In this document: positions 1-8,796 of the stretch, piece after piece
Numbering within the stretch: the stretch's first letter is position 1
Layout of the letters: every line of letters begins with the position of its first letter
Source of the DNA: Candidatus Hadarchaeota archaeon
GTDB taxonomy: Archaea; CAYQAE01; CAYVLA01
Direction of reading: 5' to 3'
NCBI GenBank assembly: GCA_964452145.1
Contig: CAYVLA010000006.1
Span: 1 to 64,000, forward strand
Length of the DNA stretch: 64,000 nucleotides
Notes under the pieces: model-generated
What the model saw: only the letters and a program-made list of their open reading frames with translations
What the model was told of the DNA's origin: nothing
Database searches by the model: none
Position numbers and translations under genes: made by a program

Positions 1-155
1 TAAATAGTTAACGAATTTATGTCAGACGGGATAGATACGAGGAGATGGGAGATCGGGAGTTGAGCAAACCCCGGATGAACACCTCTGCCGCATGAGCCCG
101 CAGAACTCCTCGCATGAGGAGACGTGGCACAAGAGCCACGAAAGCACGAAAGCGG

Positions 156-179
156 GAATCGAGATTTAAATCCGGATTC
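156..179 (+). promoter_or_regulatory. TATA box embedded in an imperfect palindrome upstream of the GH29 gene
   Basis: GAATC-GAG-ATTTAAAT-CCG-GATTC; TTTAAA at 165-170, about 50 nt before ATG 222. Confidence 0.5.
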
Positions 180-221
180 TCAAACCCGATCTCAGTCCGA
201 GCACCTCGGAGGCATCAGGAA

Positions 222-1424
222 ATGTCTGGCGAACGTGGCATACCGAAGAGAATGAGATGGTGGGTGCAGGCCCGGTTCGGGATGTTCATCCACTGGGGCC
301 TATACGCGATTCCCGCCCGGGGCGAGTGGGTGATGTACTGCGAGAGGATACCCAAGGCCGAATACGCCAAGCTTGCCCAGGAGTTCAGACCAAGAAGGTT
401 CAACGCCGACGAGTGGGTCGCCCTCGCCCGGGAAGCGGGCATGCGCTACATGGTGCTGACGACCCGACACCACGATGGATTCAGCCTGTGGGACAGCAAG
501 GTGTCCGAATTCACCTCGGTCAACGCGGCAGCCAAGAGGGATTTCGTGGGGGAGTACGTGGATGCATGCAGGAAGGCCGATATGCGAATAGGGTTCTACT
601 ACTCCCTTCTGGACTGGCGATGGCCGGCATACTGGGAGGGGCCTGAGAAGGACCCCGAGGCTTGGAGGCAGTTCCGCTCATATGTCCACTCCCAGGTGAA
701 GGAGCTTATGACTCAGTACGGCAAGATCGACATCCTGTGGTATGATGGTGCATGGCCCCACAAGGCCGATGCATGGGAGGCCGACAAGCTCAACGAGATG
801 GTAAGGGCCAAACAACCCCAGATCATCATAAATAACCGATCCGGGATTCCCGGCGACCTTGAGACTCCCGAACAGCACATCCAAGGCTTCCAGCGTCCCT
901 GGGAAACCTGCATGACCATGGACGATCTCTGGTGGGGCTATCATCCGGGTGATCCCAACGTCAAGTCACCCATGCAGCTGGTCAGGAACCTGGTGAGATG
1001 CGTGGCCGCTAACGGCAACTTCCTCCTGAACGTCGGCCCCAGATCGGACGGAACCATTCCCCCCATTCAGACGGGCCGCCTCAAGGCGATCGGGAGGTGG
1101 ATGAAGACCAATGGCGAATCCATCTACGGCGCAGGATCGGCACCCTTCGGAGAAATGCACCTAGGACATGTCACCGCGAAGGACAATACGGCATACGTCC
1201 ATGTCACCTATTGGCCGGGGTCCGAGATGTGCGTCACCGGAATAGGCAACAGGGTTATGCGCTCCTACATGCTCTCAACGGGGGAGGAACTTCCCTTCGA
1301 GCAGAAGAAGGACCGACTCTTCGTGCGCAGGCTGCCAGACAAATCCCCCGACCCCATCGACACTGTGATAGCTCTGCAACTGAGGGGCAAGCCGAGATCG
1401 ATCCCTGCATCCTTCTGGAAGTAG
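222..1424 (+). CDS. Alpha-L-fucosidase, GH29
   Basis: Motifs RFGMFIHWG, YMVLTTRHHDGF, ILWYDG (nucleophile Asp), NGNFLLNVGP. Start moved from 114 to ATG 222, downstream of the TATA box. Confidence 0.92.
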   Translation: MSGERGIPKRMRWWVQARFGMFIHWGLYAIPARGEWVMYCERIPKAEYAKLAQEFRPRRFNADEWVALAREAGMRYMVLTTRHHDGFSLWDSKVSEFTSVNAAAKRDFVGEYVDACRKADMRIGFYYSLLDWRWPAYWEGPEKDPEAWRQFRSYVHSQVKELMTQYGKIDILWYDGAWPHKADAWEADKLNEMVRAKQPQIIINNRSGIPGDLETPEQHIQGFQRPWETCMTMDDLWWGYHPGDPNVKSPMQLVRNLVRCVAANGNFLLNVGPRSDGTIPPIQTGRLKAIGRWMKTNGESIYGAGSAPFGEMHLGHVTAKDNTAYVHVTYWPGSEMCVTGIGNRVMRSYMLSTGEELPFEQKKDRLFVRRLPDKSPDPIDTVIALQLRGKPRSIPASFWK

Positions 1425-1427
1425 GCC

Positions 1428-2660
1428 TCACCTGAGCCGCGTCACGCCCACCTCGCCGTAAAGACGGCGCCTCACCATCAGGGCCCAGACCACGGAGCCT
1501 GACACCATCAGAGTGGCAGTCACGGCCGACCACTCTACGACGTATATCCAGAACAGGGCGCGATCCTTCAGCTTGATTGCCTCATCATCGAGCTTGGCTG
1601 CCCTTGATTTGATGTCCTCCAGGAGCGCCTTGGACGCCTCCCATTCCTGATCCCGGTACAGCTGCTGGGCCAGGCTGAAGTCCGAGTCGAGAACACCGAT
1701 CTCTCTCTCAATGCGGTTCGCATTGGCGCCGAATTTCTCTACGAAGGCGATGACCGACAGCAAGATGGTCCGCCTCTCGAAGTACCCTGCGAGCATTGAT
1801 CGAAGGGAGTGAACCAGCTCCAGATCCTGCGGTACCCTGACCCCGGCCGAGAAGTAGATCAGGTTGCCCGCGAAGTCGATGTAGTAGGTCCACTTCTGGA
1901 AGGGCTCTAGGCGCCAGGGATACCAGTCGAAGATGAGGTTGGTGGCCCGTCCGTTGCCGATATCCCAGTAGGAAAGCAAGGGATGGCCTTCCGGGATGCC
2001 TGCAGCGAGCAACGTTGTGGCCCCTTGTCTTGTCTGGACGATATGAATCATGTAGTTGATAGACGGAGCCGTACCCCATGGAAGAGAAGCGACGAACTCG
2101 TTCTTACCGTCGTTGGGCACTATCTTCACCGGCCCATGGGATCCCTGTCCGACCAGATAGGTCTGATATGGCTCGAAGGCGACCGCGAAGATCTCAATAA
2201 TCGACACGCTGTTCCATGGCAGGTACTGGTCGCGCCCACCGTACATGGCCGATCCGCCTGTCGTGAGGAAGCCAAGACCCCCGTCCACCACTGAGTGGAT
2301 CATCCATGGGAAGTACTTGACGGGGAAGTTGTCAACGGTTGCATCGGATATCAGGATGAGGTCGTAATCCTGCTTCATGCTCTCCTCGGTTCTTGGCATG
2401 TACACCCGCATGTAGCGTTCGGTCCTCCTGGGGTCGAAGATTGTGCTGTAGAGCGGCACCGTCTGAGCCGAGATGAGGGGATCTGTGAGCAGCACAACTA
2501 GTGGAGAAGCCGTTCCAGGGACCGCATCGGCCCCCATGTTCAACACCCGTATCCTGCCTGATTGAGGATCCCTCTTATCCGACATGGAGAAACCCGACGA
2601 AGCGGAGAGACAACATGCTGCGATGAGGAGAAGCCAACCACGACTGGCTCGCACAAACAT
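1428..2660 (-). CDS. Secreted, C-terminally anchored GATase1-like (DUF1355-type) domain protein, paralog 1 of 4
   Basis: Signal peptide (RGWLLLIAACCL), YDLILISD, GGSAMYGG, helical region, C-terminal TM followed by LMVRRRLY. Confidence 0.75.
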   Translation of the reverse strand: MFVRASRGWLLLIAACCLSASSGFSMSDKRDPQSGRIRVLNMGADAVPGTASPLVVLLTDPLISAQTVPLYSTIFDPRRTERYMRVYMPRTEESMKQDYDLILISDATVDNFPVKYFPWMIHSVVDGGLGFLTTGGSAMYGGRDQYLPWNSVSIIEIFAVAFEPYQTYLVGQGSHGPVKIVPNDGKNEFVASLPWGTAPSINYMIHIVQTRQGATTLLAAGIPEGHPLLSYWDIGNGRATNLIFDWYPWRLEPFQKWTYYIDFAGNLIYFSAGVRVPQDLELVHSLRSMLAGYFERRTILLSVIAFVEKFGANANRIEREIGVLDSDFSLAQQLYRDQEWEASKALLEDIKSRAAKLDDEAIKLKDRALFWIYVVEWSAVTATLMVSGSVVWALMVRRRLYGEVGVTRLR

Positions 2661-2716
2661 TTCATTCCCCCAGCAAGCTTTTCTATCTTCCGTCCACCCG
2701 TCATCCACTTAATCCG

Positions 2717-3880
2717 CTAGAGCTTACCGTACCTACCGAAGACGATGACCCCCGCGCCGAGAACCAGTGCACTCCACAGCAGGACGACACCGAGATCCGT
2801 GAGCACGGCGCGGCCAAAGGCGTCGGCACCCCTCAGAAACAGATGGGTCATCGCATCTGTAACGTACCAACTCGGGACCAACCACTGGATGGATTGCATG
2901 GCCGCCGACATGGCGAAGCCGACGAAGGTGCCCAGAAACATTAGTGGCATGATGAATATGAAGGCGATTCCCGTGGCCGTTCCCGGGTCTTTGGCCAGGC
3001 TCGCGGTGATCAGGCCAAATCCAACAGTGCAGACCGCAAAGGAAAGAACGATTGCGAAACCCATCAAGACGCTAAGGACATTGCCCGCGGGGCGAAAGCC
3101 CATGACGAATGCCATCACAAAGACTATCACGACCTGGACCGCTGCAATGGTCGAGTATGCTAAAGCGTTGGCGGCAATGACCTCGGATGACCTGGTAGGA
3201 GTTGTGGAGATTCTTCTAAGCAGGCCTCTCTCCCGCTCGATGGTGAAGGACTGCGCCACCTCCATTATTAGGAATATGGCAGCGAAGGCGAAGAGCCCCG
3301 GCACGAAGTAGTCATACATGGTATGTCTCTTAGCCTCCACCAAGGACGGGATGCCAAGTCTAACCGGACTTGCCAAGGAGGGTTGCCTCCCGAAAAGCGT
3401 GGTGCTGAGAGCATCCTGAATGATGGATGGCACCGCCTGAGCCGCGAGCATGGATCCGCTGTCAACGTAAAGGTCGACCGTGGCATTGATCCAAGAGCCG
3501 GGGTCGCCCATGGCCTGTCGGAACGAGTTGCAGCTCTCACCGAAGTTGGAGGGTATCAAGATCAAGGCCTGAAGTGCTCCCTCGGATAGATCTCCCTGCC
3601 CAGTCCGGTTGTCGGGATAATCCTTGACCTCTAGGACCCGAGCTGCCGACATGTTGGCAATGAGGTATGCTGACCATTGGGCATGGGGACCGCCCGAGTT
3701 CAGGTCGACGACCCCGACCCTGAAACTGGTGTCCTGGCCGCCACCCATCTTGCCAAAGGACAACCCGAAAACCAACGTCAGCACCAACGGAAATAAGATG
3801 AGCATGAACAGGGAAGCCGGCTGCCTTACGATGACCTTCAGGCTCTTCCTTGAAAGTGCCCCTACCCGCTGGAGATTCAT
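2717..3880 (-). CDS. ABC-2 type transporter permease
   Basis: N-terminal TM, VGVVDL extracellular domain, YFVPG, ERERGLLRRI motif, further TM helices; adjacent to the ATPase. Confidence 0.9.
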   Translation of the reverse strand: MNLQRVGALSRKSLKVIVRQPASLFMLILFPLVLTLVFGLSFGKMGGGQDTSFRVGVVDLNSGGPHAQWSAYLIANMSAARVLEVKDYPDNRTGQGDLSEGALQALILIPSNFGESCNSFRQAMGDPGSWINATVDLYVDSGSMLAAQAVPSIIQDALSTTLFGRQPSLASPVRLGIPSLVEAKRHTMYDYFVPGLFAFAAIFLIMEVAQSFTIERERGLLRRISTTPTRSSEVIAANALAYSTIAAVQVVIVFVMAFVMGFRPAGNVLSVLMGFAIVLSFAVCTVGFGLITASLAKDPGTATGIAFIFIMPLMFLGTFVGFAMSAAMQSIQWLVPSWYVTDAMTHLFLRGADAFGRAVLTDLGVVLLWSALVLGAGVIVFGRYGKL

Positions 3881-3881
3881 C

Positions 3882-4646
3882 CTATGCGCCCTCCCTTATT
3901 CGTCTACCTGTCATCTGGATGAAGACCTCCTCGAGATCCCTGGCCTTGAATCTGGCCTTCAGCTCCTCCGGGGAGTCGAGCGCGATGAGCTTCCCGTGGT
4001 CGACGATCCCAACCCTGTCGCACAGCGCCTCGGCTTCTTCCATGTAGTGGGTCGTCAAGACAACCGTCTTTCCACGGTTCTTCAGCTCTCGGATGAAGTC
4101 CCAGACCCCACGCCGGGATTGGGGATCCATGGCGACAGTGGGCTCATCCAAGAGCAGGATCTCGGGATCGTGCACCAGGCACATGATGAGGTTCACCCGC
4201 CGTCTCATCCCGCCGCTGTACTTGCCCAAGCGCCTGTCCGCATCCTCCGTAAGGCTCATCTTGCTGAGAAGCATCTCCGTGTTCTTCTCCAGCTCCTGCC
4301 TGCACATGCCGTGGAGATGTCCAAACAGCTCAACGTTCTCCCTCCCGGTCAGGTAGTCGTACACCGCGGTGTCCTGGGGGCAGACCCCTATGAGCTTTTT
4401 GATCCTCTCCAGATCCTTTGCGACATCGTAGCCTCCGACGATGACGGATCCGCTTGAGGGACTGATAAGGCCTGACAACACGTTGATTATGGTGGACTTC
4501 CCGGCGCCATTGGGACCGAGAAGGCCGAAGAGCTCGCCTCGGCCAACCCGGAGACTGATGCCATCCACGGCAACCACGTCTTCGAACCTCTTGACGAGAT
4601 CCTCAATCACTATCGACGCGGGTTGCCCCCGGTCCTGATCGGGCAC
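3882..4646 (-). CDS. ABC transporter ATP-binding protein (DrrA-like)
   Basis: Walker A GPNGAGKST, signature YSGGM, Walker B LLLDEP, TTHYMEEA; TATA-like TTTAAAT about 25 nt upstream. Confidence 0.95.
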   Translation of the reverse strand: MPDQDRGQPASIVIEDLVKRFEDVVAVDGISLRVGRGELFGLLGPNGAGKSTIINVLSGLISPSSGSVIVGGYDVAKDLERIKKLIGVCPQDTAVYDYLTGRENVELFGHLHGMCRQELEKNTEMLLSKMSLTEDADRRLGKYSGGMRRRVNLIMCLVHDPEILLLDEPTVAMDPQSRRGVWDFIRELKNRGKTVVLTTHYMEEAEALCDRVGIVDHGKLIALDSPEELKARFKARDLEEVFIQMTGRRIREGA

Positions 4647-4712
4647 GCTGCCCGCCTGGCATTGGGCATTTAAAGCATGTTCCGTTTGGGCCTGGGCATG
4701 GGAGTAGAATGA

Positions 4713-6221
4713 CTAACTCTCGACGAAGTGCATCCCAAACATCTGGGCTGAAACCATCCGGACCCTGAAAGCCATGGGCTGACCGGGCTCGTGTCCCAAC
4801 TCCGATTGACCGTGCCACGTAACGACACGGTCAAGGTGGTCACCTACGACGGGGTCGCAGTCCGCTACGGATCGGTCTTTGGGACTGTTGCCATCGCGGC
4901 CCAGCACACCGATGCGAACCTCCCCAGCCGGGAGGGTGCGGACATTCACATGCAGCTCGTCTCCCTGGAAGTGGACAAACATCGTCCTGAACTCGCCCTG
5001 CTCCTCGGCGTGAAGGGCGACCAGTCTTCCCCTCGCCCAACGAGCAAGTGCGATGCTGCCCAGCGGGGCCGTTCGCGTGTACTTGTGCGGGATCGCGTAC
5101 GCGATGAAGGGAACGGCCACCTCTGTTGTTCCTAACTCAACCATCCCACTTCCGACATCCACTCCCCCGGCGTCTCTCTGCCCCGGGTTGCCGGGATACA
5201 GAACCTGGCTCCTCGGGGGAAGGCTCCACATGATCCCATCCGGGCTCACTCCAATATGGACGTGGAAGCGATCCTCGCTCACTCGCCACAACTTGGGGAA
5301 CATGAGGTGGTAGTCCGTTGTCCCGGGATAGAGGGTCTTTGCGTTGGCGTACCACAGATCAGAAGGGCCCACTCCGCTCCCCGACCAGAGAACCGTCTCC
5401 GGGAGGGGGAAACGCCGGAAGGTCGCGGACTCCGCTCTCCCGATGGACCGCCTGTGCATGGTCCATGTTCGAACGTAGGCCACGTACTTGCCAAGGCTCG
5501 GATCGAAATAGGCTATGTTCTGAGTATCGCTCATCTGAAGCATCAGGGGCTCATCCAGAGGGGTCCAGTGGAAACCATCGGGTGAGATCGCCCCAAACAG
5601 GGCGTTGGGCCTCTTGGCCCTCTCGTTGCGAGGATCCACCTCGTAGCCCATCTTCCTGAATCTGTCAAGATCCTGCGGTCTCAGAAAACCCAGGTGTATT
5701 ATCTTATACCTCTCCTCGGGCCCACAGCCAGTATCCAGAAAGACGCTACCACCATGATAACCCCACTTCGCCGCGGAGCCGCCATACACGATGTTATTGT
5801 CCTCCGATCCCTTGTAGCAGACCAGACCAAGGCTGGGCTTCTCCCAGTTCGTCCCGTCCTTGGATTCGGCGTAGCAGAGTAGGTTCCGGTTCCCGGCTTG
5901 ATCCGTGGCCAGATCGTCCGGGGGGACAGACTCGTACCACAGCCTGTACGATCCCAGGTCCCTGATGAGCGAAGGTGCAAAAATCACGCCCTCCCAGGGG
6001 CGATCGGGTACAACGATTGGCTCGCCTTTTCGAGCCCGCATGCCTCTGAGTTGGATGCCTCTAGGGATATCCCTACCCGACCATCTCAGCGGGGGAACGC
6101 GCTCAGGGCTCCACAACCCAAGCGACCTCCCTTCCTCCGTCACCCACCCGTGGTCCCCATGATACACATATCGCCAGTCATGGAAGAAGATCGTGTTCGA
6201 CCTAAGCACGAACGGTTCCAT
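4713..6221 (-). CDS. Putative beta-propeller glycoside-hydrolase-like protein
   Basis: YAESKDGTNWEKPSLGL, SPDGFHW, SDTQN, SPDGIMW blade/Asp-box-like repeats plus a C-terminal beta-sandwich; start taken at ATG 6221. Confidence 0.6.
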   Translation of the reverse strand: MEPFVLRSNTIFFHDWRYVYHGDHGWVTEEGRSLGLWSPERVPPLRWSGRDIPRGIQLRGMRARKGEPIVVPDRPWEGVIFAPSLIRDLGSYRLWYESVPPDDLATDQAGNRNLLCYAESKDGTNWEKPSLGLVCYKGSEDNNIVYGGSAAKWGYHGGSVFLDTGCGPEERYKIIHLGFLRPQDLDRFRKMGYEVDPRNERAKRPNALFGAISPDGFHWTPLDEPLMLQMSDTQNIAYFDPSLGKYVAYVRTWTMHRRSIGRAESATFRRFPLPETVLWSGSGVGPSDLWYANAKTLYPGTTDYHLMFPKLWRVSEDRFHVHIGVSPDGIMWSLPPRSQVLYPGNPGQRDAGGVDVGSGMVELGTTEVAVPFIAYAIPHKYTRTAPLGSIALARWARGRLVALHAEEQGEFRTMFVHFQGDELHVNVRTLPAGEVRIGVLGRDGNSPKDRSVADCDPVVGDHLDRVVTWHGQSELGHEPGQPMAFRVRMVSAQMFGMHFVES

Positions 6222-6364
6222 CGCGCCTTGGCAAGGAGTCCTCATAAACCCAGCCCGGGTTGAGAGCTGTAGCACTCAGATTAAAGTTTCACCGCAACAT
6301 ACCCTTCATTCCTTTGAATCACTGTGGAGAAGCTTAAGTGACATCCGCAAATGCCTTGAGGGAG

Positions 6365-6403
6365 CCAGATATCTGGAAACGACAGCGAGACAATCTTTAA
6401 ATA
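6365..6403 (+). promoter_or_regulatory. Promoter of the contractile-tail operon: perfect 12-bp palindrome plus TATA box
   Basis: CCAGATATCTGG at 6365-6376; TTTAAATA at 6396-6403; SD-like GAGGGG before TTG 6438. Confidence 0.55.
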
Positions 6404-6437
6404 GGTCCAGCCCGATTCCGGACCGAGGGGTCTCGAT

Positions 6438-7796
6438 TTGGCGAGGATTCTCCCCGGTGTTGAAATCCAGGTTCTGAAGGAGATCGTCCCCCAACAGCTC
6501 CATCCCTCAGGGGTTGTGGGACTTGTGGGGACGGCCGAGAAGGGACCGGTGCTGAAACCGATCCCCACAACGAGCTATCGGGAACTAACCGAGAAGTTCG
6601 GTGGTGACCAGACTCATTCGCTCATCAAGGACGCGAGGCTAGCCTTCCTCAACGGAGTCTTCGAGGTCTATGCGGTACGAGTTGAGGCAGAAGGCTCCCA
6701 GTCCGCCACCGCCACGGTCAAGAACCCGGATGGTGAGAGCTTGGTTGGTCTTCAGGCCAAGATGCCGGGCCAAGCAGGCAATGGGATCAAGGTTGGCCTC
6801 TCCAAGGGATCATCGAAGGACACGGTGATGGCCCAGCTCACCAACGGCGTCGTATTCGAGGTCTGGGACAACCTGGTAATGGATCCGGCGAGCGATCTGT
6901 ACCTGGTGAACGTCCTTAGCAACAACTCGGAGCTGGTCTCTGCCAAGGACATGATCAAGCCCTCGAAACCTCCGAAGACGACGATACCCGCATTCGGTGA
7001 GATCGAGCTGTCGGGAGGAGCGACGGCCCAGCCGAAGCTGAAGGACTTCGAAGGAGCCCTCGAGATGCTGGAGATGGAGGAGGACGTGGACATGGTCTCC
7101 GCCTGCGACTCGTGGGACCCCAAGGTCCATGCGCTGGTCGATGCCCACTGCAAGAACATGTGCAAGGACGCCAAGAACAGGATTGGCATCGGCACTGTGG
7201 GACCTGGTGAGCCCGTGGAGGAGATCGCGAAGAGGACCACGACCCTGGCCAGCGACAGGTTTGTCATCGTCGCCCCCTATGGCGTTTCGGGCGCAGTGGC
7301 GGGCCTGATAAGCAAGCTAAGCTACTACCAGTCGCCGACGTTCAAGGCGATAACGGGCATTGCCGAGCTGGAGGCCCGATGCACGCCTTCACAGCTGATG
7401 GAGCTGCTGAAGGCTGGCATCCTGGCCCTGGAGGCAAGGAAGGGAAGGGGCATTATCGTCGAGAAGGGCATTTCCACAGACAAGGAACAGATCAGCGTGA
7501 CCAGGATAGCCGACCATGCCGTTAGGGGAGCCAAGAACGTTTGCGAGAACTTCATAGGCACCCTTAACACTGCGGGCGGGAGGACGGCCCTCAGGGAGAA
7601 GCTAACGGAGTTCTTCCTGACCATGGTTCGAGAGGAATCCATCGTCCCCAGCACCGACGGGAAACAACCTCCCTTCCTGGTGGACGTCTATTCCTCCCAG
7701 CTGGACTTCGCGCAGGGCATCGTCAGAGCGGACATCGCCGTACGTCCCGTCAGGGCCATGGACTACATCTACGCCACGATCACCGTTCAGGCGTGA
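6438..7796 (+). CDS. Contractile tail sheath protein
   Basis: N-terminal LPGVEI, GLVGTAEKGPVLKP, VYAVRV, PGQAGNGIKV; C-terminal ISVTRIAD and DIAVRPVRAMDYIYATI are typical of phage sheath proteins. Confidence 0.93.
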   Translation: MARILPGVEIQVLKEIVPQQLHPSGVVGLVGTAEKGPVLKPIPTTSYRELTEKFGGDQTHSLIKDARLAFLNGVFEVYAVRVEAEGSQSATATVKNPDGESLVGLQAKMPGQAGNGIKVGLSKGSSKDTVMAQLTNGVVFEVWDNLVMDPASDLYLVNVLSNNSELVSAKDMIKPSKPPKTTIPAFGEIELSGGATAQPKLKDFEGALEMLEMEEDVDMVSACDSWDPKVHALVDAHCKNMCKDAKNRIGIGTVGPGEPVEEIAKRTTTLASDRFVIVAPYGVSGAVAGLISKLSYYQSPTFKAITGIAELEARCTPSQLMELLKAGILALEARKGRGIIVEKGISTDKEQISVTRIADHAVRGAKNVCENFIGTLNTAGGRTALREKLTEFFLTMVREESIVPSTDGKQPPFLVDVYSSQLDFAQGIVRADIAVRPVRAMDYIYATITVQA

Positions 7797-7807
7797 GGTG
7801 ATGGAGA

Positions 7808-8209
7808 ATGGCGGATCCTGTGATAATTTCGGCAAACGTGAGCAACATTAAGGTCGACGGGGAGGTCATTCCCGGCCTCCAGACGATCGACTACAAGATC
7901 GTGAGGAATCGACAAAACGTGCACAACATCGGCATCGATGAGCGGATCGGCGTCGACTACGGACCCATGTTCGTGGAAGGCACGTTGAGGATCAGGTCAA
8001 CCTACCCGAAGTTCGACACGATGCTCATCACCGGAGTGGCGAACGTGAAGCCCTTCCAGCTCGTCGTTGAGCTCAAGAAGGGAGGTCAGTCCATCAAGAC
8101 CCTGTCCTTCGATGAATGCTACCTGGAGGGCAAGGCGTTCTCCATGGATGCGAACGGCACGGGCATGAGCGACTACACCTTCACATCGACGAGGCTCAGG
8201 GAGCAGTAG
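7808..8209 (+). CDS. Tail tube protein
   Basis: 133 aa, beta-rich, directly after the sheath with GGTGA SD; VEGTLRI and TLSFDECYL patterns. Confidence 0.8.
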   Translation: MADPVIISANVSNIKVDGEVIPGLQTIDYKIVRNRQNVHNIGIDERIGVDYGPMFVEGTLRIRSTYPKFDTMLITGVANVKPFQLVVELKKGGQSIKTLSFDECYLEGKAFSMDANGTGMSDYTFTSTRLREQ

Positions 8210-8211
8210 GC

Positions 8212-8589
8212 ATGGCAAGGCTCACCAAGGAGGCCATCCTCCAGGGCACGAGAATACGGGAGAGCCTTCGAGTCAAGGACTATGGCGATGCGGAGGTCGT
8301 GATCCGCCCCCTGACCGACGGGGAGCTTTCCAAGATATTCTCTGTCATTGGCAACGTTCCCTTACGTGAAGATGGTTCTCCGGATCTGAGCAGGGTCGAT
8401 GTGCACAGGAACCTCGAGGCCCTGAGGATGGCCACTTCCATGGGGATGGAGGATCCGAAGTTGACGCCGGAGGAGGTCGCCGGCATGAAGTTCGGCGTGC
8501 CCGAGTTCATTGGGATGAAGGTCCTGGAGCTCAGCGGGGTCACCGAGCCAGAGGCACGTAAAAAAAAAGCAAAGTCGACCAATTCGTGA
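8212..8589 (+). CDS. Tail assembly chaperone (lambda gpG-like position), 125 aa
   Basis: Follows the tube gene; EVVIRPLTDGEL resembles the chaperone V.IR.LT..E motif; ends in KKK encoded by A9. Confidence 0.7.
   Translation: MARLTKEAILQGTRIRESLRVKDYGDAEVVIRPLTDGELSKIFSVIGNVPLREDGSPDLSRVDVHRNLEALRMATSMGMEDPKLTPEEVAGMKFGVPEFIGMKVLELSGVTEPEARKKKAKSTNS
8560..8568 (+). other. Putative -1 programmed frameshift slippery site (A AAA AAA)
   Basis: A9 run in frame near the chaperone 3' end; the -1 frame is open from 8562 to the stop at 8787-8789 and closed by TAA at 8559-8561. Confidence 0.65.
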
Positions 8590-8789
8590 GAAGCCCAGAG
8601 GGGTTGGAGCTAGCGGCACTATGCCTCGACTGCGGATACAGACTCGCCGACCACCCCGCCGATTTGACTAGGGACCAGATCCTCTTTCTCACGGGAGCCT
8701 TGGCCTACAGGATGGAAATGGCGAGAGCATCCAGAATGGGTACGGAGGGCGTGACAAGGATCGTGGTGTCCGAGGAAGAGGAGGAATAG
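8586..8789 (+). CDS. Tail assembly chaperone extension (gpT-like); probably C-terminus of a 192-aa frameshift product
   Basis: -1 frame relative to ORF 8212; HPADLTRDQILFL resembles gpGT-type C-terminal segments. Confidence 0.6.
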   Translation: MRSPEGLELAALCLDCGYRLADHPADLTRDQILFLTGALAYRMEMARASRMGTEGVTRIVVSEEEEE

Positions 8790-8796
8790 GAGCACC

